From: Treponema sp.
GTDB taxonomy: Bacteria > Spirochaetota > Spirochaetia > Treponematales > Breznakiellaceae
Direction: 5' to 3'
Assembly (NCBI GenBank): GCA_031268385.1
Contig: JAIRXH010000036.1
Span: 3,584-67,583 of the forward strand
DNA: 64,000 bases
Every line of letters begins with the position of its first letter. The first letter of the stretch is position 1. This document shows positions 1 through 8,749 of the stretch, in pieces. Position numbers and translations under genes: made by a program. The notes under the pieces were generated by a model. That model searched no databases. It was not told the origin of the DNA and saw nothing but the letters and a program-made list of their open reading frames with translations.

Positions 1-1075
1 CTTCTCCGGGAAGATCTGCCAGGCCCATCGCGTGGTCATACGCGGGTGAAACCATCATCGCCGCCGGGATATTCGCCTGCGCCAGTATGATGGCCCAGAG
101 CATGGCTCTGCTGTCGCAGTCTCCCCGGCCTTCGGCCGCGGCGCTGACAAGATTGACGAAGTCACTGCCCGCAAGATCCCGTTCATAGGTGAACGACTGA
201 ACCCATTTCAGCGCCTTTTCGGCGAAAGCCGCCGGCGGCAGGGAAGACGGACCGCCGTCCCCGGGAACGTTCCAGTACCGCTCCAGTTTGAAGGCGGCGT
301 CGGCAAGCCGTTCCCAGGAATCACGGTAGACGGCCCGGTAGAAGCGGACGCGGGCCGCCTCCAGAAGGGGAGAACCGGCGTAACGGCGAAGCACGGCGAA
401 TTCCCTGTCGACAAGGGCCTGCGCGCCTTCCGCGTCGTGTTCGGCGACAAGAACGCTCTGCCCCTCAATGAACTCAAGCTGAATTTCCCGCATTTCGCCC
501 CCTGGATAACTGAACGCGGTAACAGGTCCGCTTGCCCGCCGTTCGGCCTCCGAGGGCGCTATGGAATCCAGAACGGAAAGATGAAGGATATCGGGAATAT
601 TTCCGCCGCCATAGGCCAGCGCGAGAAGCAGGGGAATCCTCCCGGCGGCGTTCCCGGAAGGCGTTCCCAGTTCCACACAGAGCCCCCATCCCCCGCGTGC
701 GTTTCCTCCGATGGCAAAATCCAGTTCCATGAGGCAGGCTTTCCTGCCCCGGTAATCGAAATAACTCATGTCGCCCGTATTGCCGATACGGCGGCCCGCG
801 TCCGCCGCCATGGCCTCTATCGAGGCGTAGGTCCCGTTGTACACGACAAGATCCAGCGCGGCTCCCTGCGGAGAGACAAAAGAAAAGCGTTCGCGGCCGT
901 CTCCGCCCGAGTATTCGTATTCTTCAGGCAGATCGATGCGAAAACCCCATCCGGGGGAATAAAACGGCGAGGAAGACGCCCGGCCGGCGCACAGTACAAG
1001 GAGCAGCGGAACGAGGCGCGGGAAGAAAGATGGCGGACGGCGGGCTTCCGTACATGCCGGGAATATTACTCTCAT
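1..1075 (-). CDS. secreted hypothetical protein, 3' end beyond the left window edge; possible transglutaminase-like Cys-His core
   Basis: This gene is absent from the supplied ORF track because it is open to the window edge. My translation of the minus strand from ATG at 1075 gives MRVIFPACTEARRPPSFFPRLVPLLLVLCAGRASSSPFYSPGWGFRIDLPEEYEY... and stays open for ~358 codons to position 1. The N-terminus is hydrophobic and signal-like. The later GRGDCDSRAMLWAIILA...YDHAMG resembles a Cys...His cysteine-peptidase/transglutaminase arrangement, but only weakly. Confidence 0.6.
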   Translation of the reverse strand, partial: MRVIFPACTEARRPPSFFPRLVPLLLVLCAGRASSSPFYSPGWGFRIDLPEEYEYSGGDGRERFSFVSPQGAALDLVVYNGTYASIEAMAADAGRRIGNTGDMSYFDYRGRKACLMELDFAIGGNARGGWGLCVELGTPSGNAAGRIPLLLALAYGGGNIPDILHLSVLDSIAPSEAERRASGPVTAFSYPGGEMREIQLEFIEGQSVLVAEHDAEGAQALVDREFAVLRRYAGSPLLEAARVRFYRAVYRDSWERLADAAFKLERYWNVPGDGGPSSLPPAAFAEKALKWVQSFTYERDLAGSDFVNLVSAAAEGRGDCDSRAMLWAIILAQANIPAAMMVSPAYDHAMGLADLPGE

Positions 1076-1132
1076 GGTATTTATAGTATACTCTTCTCAC
1101 GGGTTCATTCCCAGACATTCCGGGGGTGCTGT

Positions 1133-1876
1133 TTGAAGCGGATTACCGTCGTTTTTGAAAATGAATGGCTTCTTGTCCTTGACAAGCCCGCGGGGCTTGC
1201 CGTGCAGGGCGGGGAAGGGGTAAAGGTTTCCCTTGATGAGCTTCTCGCGGGGGAATATTCACCGCGGCCCCTTCTGGTTCACCGGCTTGACCGGGACACG
1301 TCGGGGCTTGTTCTTGTCGCCAAAAACAGGGAGGCCGCCGGGGTCCTTGCCCCCCTTTTTTCGGGAAAGGGCGGGGAAAAGAGGATACGGAAGCGGTACG
1401 CCGCCGTCTGCGCCGGTGTTTTCGCCCGCAAAAAAGGGGACATACGGGAAAGGCTTGTTGTCCGGGGAAGCGAAAGGGACGCTCTGACTTCATACACCGT
1501 CATGGAGGAAAACGGGAAATTTTCCCTGGCCGGACTGGAGCCTGGAACAGGCAGGATGCATCAAATACGACGCCATCTTGCCCGGCTGGGGAATCCTGTC
1601 CTGGGGGACGACAAATACGGGGATTTTTCCCTCAACAAACGGCTGGGAAAAACCGCGGGGCTGCGCCGTCTCCTCCTTCACGCCGCCGGACTTGGCATAC
1701 CGCCGCTTCCCCTGTTCGGCATTTCCCGGCCCCTCGACCTGGAGGCCCCGCTTCCCGGCTATTTCGCGGAATTTTGCGAAGCGGAATTCCCCGGTTGTTC
1801 CGGGGTCCGGTTTCCATCCGCGCCGTCACAGCCGCCCTGGCCGGAACAAAGCGAAGCTTCGTTTCGCTACCGTTGA
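1133..1876 (+). CDS. RluA-family pseudouridine synthase
   Basis: This is the 3' part of track ORF 437-1876. Motifs are VVFENEWLLVLDKPAGLAV and HRLDRDTSGLVLVAK (the RluA-family catalytic Asp motif). The upstream 230 codons of the track ORF are the shadow of the minus-strand gene at 1-1075. The only in-frame start after 1075 is TTG at 1133, giving MKRITVVFENEW. Confidence 0.8.
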   Translation: MKRITVVFENEWLLVLDKPAGLAVQGGEGVKVSLDELLAGEYSPRPLLVHRLDRDTSGLVLVAKNREAAGVLAPLFSGKGGEKRIRKRYAAVCAGVFARKKGDIRERLVVRGSERDALTSYTVMEENGKFSLAGLEPGTGRMHQIRRHLARLGNPVLGDDKYGDFSLNKRLGKTAGLRRLLLHAAGLGIPPLPLFGISRPLDLEAPLPGYFAEFCEAEFPGCSGVRFPSAPSQPPWPEQSEASFRYR

Positions 1877-1910
1877 CAAGGGAACCCCTTTTTCCCATGA
1901 TTATCCGGGT

Positions 1911-2573
1911 ATGGACGATATCCGGCTGACAAGGCCCTGTCTGGAACGGTTGAGTACCGATGAACTCGTCAAGCTGGCGGATCATTACGCGATATATATT
2001 CCCCCGGATCTGGAACGGATCTTTGTCATAGAGGAACTGCTTGAGGCTGATTTTCCGGGAGACGGGCAGAGGGACGGTGAACGGTTCGGGGGACAGGCGG
2101 ATATACGCGAACCTGTGCCCCTTCCAAAGCAGTACAACATCACCTATCTGGAGTATCTTGTCAGGGATCCGCTGTGGATATTTGTCTTTTGGGAGATCAA
2201 AAGTCACGACAGGGATCTGTATGAAAAATCGCCTGATTTTGAGGGATATTTTCTCAAGGTACGGAATCTTGAAAGGGGGGAGCATATTTTTACCGTCGCC
2301 GTTGGCATGAACGACACCGCCTGGTACCTGGGTTTTCCCCCGGACAGCGGCCGCTGCCGCGTGGAACTCTGCGTACTGCGGGGCGATGGTGAAACCACGC
2401 TGGCGTTCTCCCGTCCCTTTACCCTTCCCGGACTCTTGGAGCCTCTCCCTTCCGGAGTGCCGGAAACCCTCGCGCGGCTTTCGGGCGCCGGGGATTTTCC
2501 GGTGATCCGCAACGCGGACCGCCTGTCAAGGCCCAGGGACAGGCGCGCTTTTCAAAATTCCCGGAACGATTAG
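1911..2573 (+). CDS. DUF4912-like protein (Rho-N/SAP-like N-terminus), GH57-associated
   Basis: An in-frame ATG at 1911 (MDDIRLTRPCLERLSTDELVKLADHYAIYIP) follows the RluA stop at 1876. The 1578 start in the track would overlap the RluA gene. The gene lies immediately upstream of the GH57 gene. Confidence 0.7.
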   Translation: MDDIRLTRPCLERLSTDELVKLADHYAIYIPPDLERIFVIEELLEADFPGDGQRDGERFGGQADIREPVPLPKQYNITYLEYLVRDPLWIFVFWEIKSHDRDLYEKSPDFEGYFLKVRNLERGEHIFTVAVGMNDTAWYLGFPPDSGRCRVELCVLRGDGETTLAFSRPFTLPGLLEPLPSGVPETLARLSGAGDFPVIRNADRLSRPRDRRAFQNSRND

Positions 2574-2582
2574 CCGGACAAT

Positions 2583-4157
2583 ATGGAAAAACGGAACGCT
2601 ATTTCGATAGTCCTCAACGCCCATCTGCCCTTTATACAGCATGACGAGGGTCCGTACTGGTCACGGGAAGAACAGATCTTTTTTGACGCTCTTTCCGAAA
2701 CCTATCTTCCCCTTCTCGATGTCCTCGCGCGTCTGGACAGGGATAATGTCCCCTTCAGGCTGGGAATATCCCTTTCCCCGGTGCTCTGTCATCTCTTTTC
2801 CGACGAGAAGCTCATAAAAAAGTACCTTGACTATACGAACAGGCAGATAGAATTCGGCTGGCAGGAAGAGGACAGGACAAAGGGGGAAGACGGGCTTCAC
2901 TCGCTGGCAAAATACTATGTGGATCTGGCGGGGGAAAGGCGGCTTTCCCTTATGGAGCGGCACGGGGGGGACATTCTCAAGTCGCTGGATCACTACCAGA
3001 GGAAGGGCAGGGTAGAGATCCTTGCCACCGCCGCTACCGGCGCGTTTCTGCCCTTCCTGTGTTCCTCCCCGGAGGCCGTCCAGGCCCAGCTTGAGGCGGG
3101 ACTTGCCTCGTACCGTCTCAATTTCGGCAAATATCCCCTGGGTTTCTGGCTTCCCGAACTTGGCTGGACGGCCGCGCTTGACGAACATTTGAGGGCCAAC
3201 AATCTGGGCTACACCATCGTGGAATCCCATTCCCTTGTTTTCGGGAATCCCCCGGCGGAAAAAGGGACTTTTTATCCGGCAAAGACCCCGGCGGGAATTT
3301 TCGTCCTGGGCAGGGATTTCAGCCCGGCCGGGAAATTCCGCGCCGCAAGCCCTCTCTACCGGGACAACGGCAAGGACGCGGGCTACGATCTGCCGGCCGG
3401 TATGGTGGAATCTTTTCTCTCCGCCAACGGGGAACGTTCAGGGACAGGGTACAAGTATTACGGCGGGCTTGACGGGAAGGACCAAAGGCTTTTTTACGAT
3501 CCCGATGCGGCGCGGAAGCAGGCGGCCGGCGACGCCCGCCGTTTTCTTGACGCGAGCGCCGCCCGGCTGGGCGCGGCCGCCGCGATGATGAAGGAAAGGC
3601 CGGTGAGCCTGTGCGTCTTTGACGCCGACGATCTCGGCCGCCTCTGGTACGAAGGGCCGGTTTTTATTGAAACCCTGTTCAGGGAAGGCGCGAAGCGGGA
3701 TGATCTGCAGTTCACAAATCCGGCTGAATTCCTCTACAGGCAGGAATCCTCCTTCCAGACCGTGACTCCCGAATTTTCATCGGGGGGGATCAACGGTTAC
3801 GCTCAAACCTGGCTTGACGCGTCAAACGACTGGATATACCGGCATCTCTTCAGGGCCGCCGAAAGAATGACGGAAATGGCGGAGCGCTTTTCGGACGATT
3901 CGGGACTCAGGGAACGGGCCCTTAACCAGGCGGCAAGAGAACTTCTGCTCGCGGAAGCCGCCGACTGGCCCAAAATGATGTACGAAGGCGATTCCGCGTT
4001 CGCCAGGGGCAGAATTGAGGAACATTTGAGAAATTTCACCACGATTTACGAAACGCTGGGAAGCAACTACATAAGCACCGAATGGCTGACCGGCCTTGAA
4101 AAACGGCACAGCATTTTTCCCGGCATCAATTACCGCATTTTCAGGAAGAAGCGCTAA
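2583..4157 (+). CDS. glycoside hydrolase family 57 alpha-glucan branching enzyme-like (DUF1957 type)
   Basis: 524 aa. The N-terminus ISIVLNAHLPFIQHDEGPYWSREEQIFFDALSETYLPLLDVL is typical of GH57 branching enzymes, and the ORF is long and clean. Confidence 0.85.
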   Translation: MEKRNAISIVLNAHLPFIQHDEGPYWSREEQIFFDALSETYLPLLDVLARLDRDNVPFRLGISLSPVLCHLFSDEKLIKKYLDYTNRQIEFGWQEEDRTKGEDGLHSLAKYYVDLAGERRLSLMERHGGDILKSLDHYQRKGRVEILATAATGAFLPFLCSSPEAVQAQLEAGLASYRLNFGKYPLGFWLPELGWTAALDEHLRANNLGYTIVESHSLVFGNPPAEKGTFYPAKTPAGIFVLGRDFSPAGKFRAASPLYRDNGKDAGYDLPAGMVESFLSANGERSGTGYKYYGGLDGKDQRLFYDPDAARKQAAGDARRFLDASAARLGAAAAMMKERPVSLCVFDADDLGRLWYEGPVFIETLFREGAKRDDLQFTNPAEFLYRQESSFQTVTPEFSSGGINGYAQTWLDASNDWIYRHLFRAAERMTEMAERFSDDSGLRERALNQAARELLLAEAADWPKMMYEGDSAFARGRIEEHLRNFTTIYETLGSNYISTEWLTGLEKRHSIFPGINYRIFRKKR

Positions 4158-4160
4158 CAG

Positions 4161-4182
4161 GCTGTTGAAACAGCGGATTTTT
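4161..4182 (+). terminator. weak intrinsic terminator candidate after the GH57 gene
   Basis: GCTGT-tgaa-ACAGC stem-loop followed by GGATTTTT, 4 nt after the stop codon. The stem is only 5 bp. Confidence 0.3.
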
Positions 4183-4211
4183 GCCTGTCTTGTCAGGCCG
4201 CTTCCCGTTTT

Positions 4212-5489
4212 TCAGAAATCAAGCCGCTGCATGGCGTCTATTTGCCGCTCGACTTCAAGCGCGCGGGTAAGGACGGCAAGGTTTTCACGGGCGGGCTCGA
4301 ATTTGGGGTTAAGCCTCAGCGCCTCGTTCCAGCAGGATTCCGCCTCGCTGTAGTTTCCCCCCGCGTAGGCGTCAAGGCCGGCAAGGTACAGTTCGTCGAC
4401 CTTCGCGGCAACGGCTCCCCTTCCCTGATCCCCCAGATCAAAACGGACCCCCACGCTGACCCGGTTAAGGGGCTGCAGCTGGGTCAACAGATCCAGCGTG
4501 TAATTCACGTCCACGGCGATGGATTTAAGGGTTATGGCGCTGCCAAAGGCCACCCGCACATTTCCGTGTTTCGCCAGAAAACCCGCCCGCATTGAAAGAA
4601 AATTCGTGACATTGACGGAAACACCGGTAGACCAGTAGGGTTTTTCGGACAACTGCGGATCCTGAAGGTTGAGCGGAACGGAAAAATCAAAGGCGAAGAG
4701 CAGCGGCCGCATGGGCTGATAGGACAGGGCGGCGGTCATAACCGTGGGAAGGGGATCGCTTTTGGCCGGCGGCCCCAGATTCCGTATCACAAAGGCCAGG
4801 GATGTATTCCGGTCCCGCGACTGGTACGGCTTCAGAAAGTCGAAACGGGTCAACACCCCCAGATCCCCCATAACCATGGCCGCCGACTGGGATTTCCCCG
4901 AACCGGCTATGATATTGTCCTCGTTGTCGGTGTAATCAGGCACAAAACGGAAGGCGCCCTTGAGGTTGACCCCCACCGAAACGCCCGAAAAGTAATAGCC
5001 CGACAAGAAATTGTAGGAGGCGTTGAGAATGGCGATCACCTCCGAGTAATACCCCTTGGACACCCGTTCGCCAAAGAAGTTGTATTCGGTAAAGGGGGTA
5101 AAAAGCCATTTTCCCCCCGCGGCAAAACCGAGGTTTTTGTAACGGGAAGCGAAGGCCGCCCCCTCTATCTTGGTGTCCGCTATCCAGTTGTTGTGAAAAA
5201 AGGCCAATTCCGTTTTTTTGAGCATGGAAGAACCGGCCGGATTGAACTCGATGAAGGAAATATCGTCGGCAACCGCGCTGAAAGACCCCGCCATGCCTTC
5301 GGAACGGCCCCCCATGGGTATATTCAGAACGGGGAAGGCCGTAAGGCCGGCATTGTCGTCGGGACCGTATATTTTGTCCAGATATTCGGAAATCGAGTAA
5401 TACCCGTCAGGATTGAAATTGGCGGCCCCGGCGGCGGCGGCAAGCGTGAAAACAATAAAACCGGAAAAGAGGAGCCGTTTTCTGTTCAT
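4212..5489 (-). CDS. UPF0164 / FadL-like outer-membrane beta-barrel protein with C-terminal TPR-like helix pair
   Basis: Signal peptide MNRKRLLFSGFIVFTLAAAAGA. The motif PMGGRSEGMAGSFSAVADDISFIEFNPAG is typical of the Treponema UPF0164 family. The body has alternating beta-strand-like sequence. The C-terminal ~70 aa (YLAGLDAYAGGNYSEAESCWNEALRLNPKFEPAREN) is TPR-like. Confidence 0.8.
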   Translation of the reverse strand: MNRKRLLFSGFIVFTLAAAAGAANFNPDGYYSISEYLDKIYGPDDNAGLTAFPVLNIPMGGRSEGMAGSFSAVADDISFIEFNPAGSSMLKKTELAFFHNNWIADTKIEGAAFASRYKNLGFAAGGKWLFTPFTEYNFFGERVSKGYYSEVIAILNASYNFLSGYYFSGVSVGVNLKGAFRFVPDYTDNEDNIIAGSGKSQSAAMVMGDLGVLTRFDFLKPYQSRDRNTSLAFVIRNLGPPAKSDPLPTVMTAALSYQPMRPLLFAFDFSVPLNLQDPQLSEKPYWSTGVSVNVTNFLSMRAGFLAKHGNVRVAFGSAITLKSIAVDVNYTLDLLTQLQPLNRVSVGVRFDLGDQGRGAVAAKVDELYLAGLDAYAGGNYSEAESCWNEALRLNPKFEPARENLAVLTRALEVERQIDAMQRLDF

Positions 5490-5572
5490 TTATCCTTACT
5501 ATACCCTATCTTACAATATATATCGGAAAAAATAATATTTCTATGATATTATAATATACTGTAGAAGGCTCT

Positions 5573-8500
5573 TTGAAACCGGAGTTTCGAAAGAAAGCCT
5601 TGGAATTAACGGGGAATTTCCGGGCCTTTGCTACAGGGATTTTCCGGGAATTCCGATATAGAGGACAGGTATACCTTGCAATGAATGCGCAGAGCCCTCC
5701 GGGGGGCGTCCGCCTCACGGGGCGGATTTTCGGGTTGTTGGCGGTCTGCTGGTCTCTGGCAGCGGCGGTTTCCCCGCTTTACGCGGGGGGAAGGATGGAT
5801 GGGGATCTGTCCCGCGCCGACCGCCTCATCGCGGAAAAACAGTACGACGAAGCCATAAGGGTCCTGTCCGAATACATCAGAAACAACCCCGATGACTTTG
5901 AAACCGCCCGGAAAAGGCTGAAGCGGATAGAGGCGTTCAGGGATGAATACAACGCTGTCGCCAGCGAGCTTTTGACGACGGTATCCTCGGATCCGGGAAA
6001 CGCCTCGAAGATCCTCTCCCTTATCCAGCGGCTTCAGAGCATAGAATCCCCCAACAACCCCAATGTTCAGGCCTTCATCGGCCGCATCCAGGCCATAGCC
6101 CTGTTCACCTACAACCGGAACAGGCTGGAGCAGATCCTTTCGGCCGGGCGCGAGGAACTGGCCAGGGCCAATTTTGAGGGGGCCCTTGCCCTCTACGCCG
6201 GGGGCATGGATATTTACCGCGATGAATTTTTCAGCGCCGGATACGGGGAGGAAACGGAAAACCGGGTGCGGGCGGGCATAGCGGATATAAACGCCGAAAC
6301 GGGTGGATTCCCCGCCATTGTCCGTTCCCTTGAACAGAACGCGGCGGAAATGGAGCAGTCGGGAACCGGAAACACGTCCCTTGTCCGTCTGGAAGAAATC
6401 TACGGCCGCCTTATCCCCGGACTCGACAATCTGACCCGTTCCCGTAATGTGCTGCTCGATGCCGGAAATTATTTTGACGAAGAACTTGCCCGGCTGCAGG
6501 CCGATAATCCCGAAATTGGGGACCGCTCCTTCCTTTCGTTCGCATCCCGTCTTGTTCACGGCCCTGCCCGCGCCGAATTTCCCGAAGGAATGCTCGGCGC
6601 GGTGGAAGGTTACTGGAACAGTGTAATGTCCCGCGCGGAAAGAGCGGCGCTGAATATTGCCGAACGGAATTACACGGCGGGCCTGACCGGTCTTTCAAAC
6701 GGGGAGTACGCCGCCGCCGCTTCCTCCTGTGAAAACGCCCGGCCGTATCTCGATTTTCTCCTTTCACTTTCCGGGAAATGGAACGAATTCATGCACGATT
6801 CGCCGTCGTTTACCCTTTTCGGCGTTTCCGTACCCAGGGAGAAATTCGGCGATTTTCTCATGTATCAGGCTTTGGACGACGCCCTTTCGTATTTTGTCGA
6901 CGGAGCGGATCTGGGCCGGCGTTTTGCCGGGGCGCCGGGCGGCGATTCCGGCGCGATCTCCCTGTGGCAGAGCGGTTCCCTCGATTCGGCGGAAGCGGAA
7001 CGGCGCGAAGGGCAGTACCGGGAGGGATTCACCGTTCTTTACACCGAGGCCGAAACGCTGATCCTGGAAATGGGCGGGCGTGAGGACGAATTCCGCGCGG
7101 AAATGGCCGCGGGCCCCGGTCCGGACGGGGAAAGTCCCGCCGGAAAGGATCCGCTTTCCCCCCTGGAGGAAGCCCGGAACTTTATCGTGAGCCTCCAGGC
7201 CCGCATAGGGGAAGAAGAATACGGCGCCGCGGTACGGCAGTACACCATAGCCAACGGGGAATTCGAAAGGCGGGTAAACGGGCGCCGGAGCGAAATGGAC
7301 CAGGGAATCCGCTTCATCGAGGGAACGACCGAAGACGGCCATGTTGTCTATTATCCGGCCGAAGGGCTTGCCATATTCGAGGGCATGAACGCGGCCGTGT
7401 CGGCGGACATCGAGGCCGGAGACATTCTCCTTGAAAGGTACGCCGCGGAGCGGGCCGACATACTGGGCAAAGGGGAAGTGTCCTCCCTTTACGCCTCCGC
7501 GCGGGAAATGGCGGCGTCCCTCGCTTCGCTTGGAAGCAGGGGGGAAAGCCTCATGTCCGCGGCCAGGGCCCAGTCCGACAGGGCCCAAACCTACAGGCAG
7601 GAAGGGGACCGGCTCTTCAGGGAAGCCCAGACCGCTTTGGCCCAAAACAACTTCGACACGGCGCGGGACAGGGTTCGCCAGTCCACCGAGCGGTACAATA
7701 TGTCCCTGGAACTGCAGGAATCCGCTTCCCTCAGGGCCGAATGGGGCAGGCTTGTCGCCCTGGGGAACGAGATCAACCGTGTGGAAAACGAATTCGTGAT
7801 ACGGGATGTCAGGAACTACGTGACCGGCGCCCGGACGAACTATTACGCGGGCAATTTTGAACAGGCCGAAGAACTCCTGGTACGGGCCCAGAACCGCTGG
7901 CGGCGCACCAATGTCGGCGACGACGAGGAAGTGCTCTACTGGCTCAGTCTGGTCCGTAACGCCATGTCGCTGCGTTCAGGCAGGATCATTCCCGCCACCG
8001 CTCCCCTTTACGCGGAGATGAGCCAGCTTTTAAGCGAGGCCAAAAAAAACTACGAAGAGGGCGTGCGTTACTTCAACTCGGGCCGGAGGGGAGACGGAAC
8101 GGTCAAATTTACCGAAGCCCGGCAGAAGACACGGGAAGTAAAGATCATGTTCCCGCTGAACGAGGACGCGGGACTTCTCGAACTGCGCATGGATCAGGTG
8201 GTGGACCCCCGAGCCTTTGAACAGTCCTTCGAGCAGCGCATGCGGGACGCGATAGCCGGGACCAGGCGGAAGTCGATGGAGGCTTTCGCCGATCTGCAGA
8301 ATCTCGCGAAGATCAACCCCCGGTATCCGGGCATGGCCGGCATCATTACCCAGGCGGAAATAGACATGGGCTTCAGGCCCCCGCCGCCCAATCCCGCGGA
8401 TCTTGCCCGGTCCGCCGAGCTTACCGCCGACGCGCGGAGGGTTATCGAGGGGAATCTTTCCGGTCAGTACGAAGCGTCTCTCGTCTGGCTCGATCAGGCG

Positions 8501-8749
8501 CTGCGGCTTAACCCCAACAACACGGAAGCCACCCGGCAAAAGGACATACTCCTTACCCGTATAAGCGGACGCGGGGTTGTCGTGTTTGACAGAAAAACCG
8601 AAGATGAATACCAGCGGGCCGTCAGGGAGTATCAGCAGGGTAATTACCTTGGGGCCTTCGCCAGAATAGAGCAGCTGCTTCAGGATCCCAGAAACCGGAA
8701 TTCCACCCTGATTCTGGAACTTCACCGGAGGCTCCAGTCCCTCTTATGA
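5573..8749 (+). CDS. large periplasmic TPR/helical-repeat protein
   Basis: 1058-aa ORF. The track start is TTG at 5573, preceded by GAAGG. An alternative start is ATG at 5681 (MNAQSPPGGVRLTGRIFGLLAVCWSLAAAVSPLYAGG, signal-like). TPR-like segments occur throughout, for example AEKQYDEAIRVLSEYIRNNPDD and YEASLVWLDQALRLNPNNTEA. The stop overlaps the next start (ATGA). Confidence 0.8.
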   Translation: MKPEFRKKALELTGNFRAFATGIFREFRYRGQVYLAMNAQSPPGGVRLTGRIFGLLAVCWSLAAAVSPLYAGGRMDGDLSRADRLIAEKQYDEAIRVLSEYIRNNPDDFETARKRLKRIEAFRDEYNAVASELLTTVSSDPGNASKILSLIQRLQSIESPNNPNVQAFIGRIQAIALFTYNRNRLEQILSAGREELARANFEGALALYAGGMDIYRDEFFSAGYGEETENRVRAGIADINAETGGFPAIVRSLEQNAAEMEQSGTGNTSLVRLEEIYGRLIPGLDNLTRSRNVLLDAGNYFDEELARLQADNPEIGDRSFLSFASRLVHGPARAEFPEGMLGAVEGYWNSVMSRAERAALNIAERNYTAGLTGLSNGEYAAAASSCENARPYLDFLLSLSGKWNEFMHDSPSFTLFGVSVPREKFGDFLMYQALDDALSYFVDGADLGRRFAGAPGGDSGAISLWQSGSLDSAEAERREGQYREGFTVLYTEAETLILEMGGREDEFRAEMAAGPGPDGESPAGKDPLSPLEEARNFIVSLQARIGEEEYGAAVRQYTIANGEFERRVNGRRSEMDQGIRFIEGTTEDGHVVYYPAEGLAIFEGMNAAVSADIEAGDILLERYAAERADILGKGEVSSLYASAREMAASLASLGSRGESLMSAARAQSDRAQTYRQEGDRLFREAQTALAQNNFDTARDRVRQSTERYNMSLELQESASLRAEWGRLVALGNEINRVENEFVIRDVRNYVTGARTNYYAGNFEQAEELLVRAQNRWRRTNVGDDEEVLYWLSLVRNAMSLRSGRIIPATAPLYAEMSQLLSEAKKNYEEGVRYFNSGRRGDGTVKFTEARQKTREVKIMFPLNEDAGLLELRMDQVVDPRAFEQSFEQRMRDAIAGTRRKSMEAFADLQNLAKINPRYPGMAGIITQAEIDMGFRPPPPNPADLARSAELTADARRVIEGNLSGQYEASLVWLDQALRLNPNNTEATRQKDILLTRISGRGVVVFDRKTEDEYQRAVREYQQGNYLGAFARIEQLLQDPRNRNSTLILELHRRLQSLL

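Noticed and set aside
437-1132. The 5' two-fifths of the 479-aa plus-strand ORF.
   Set aside because: The translation is Arg/Gly/Pro-rich with no motif. It is the mirror frame of the real minus-strand gene at 1-1075. The RluA homology starts only at ~1140.
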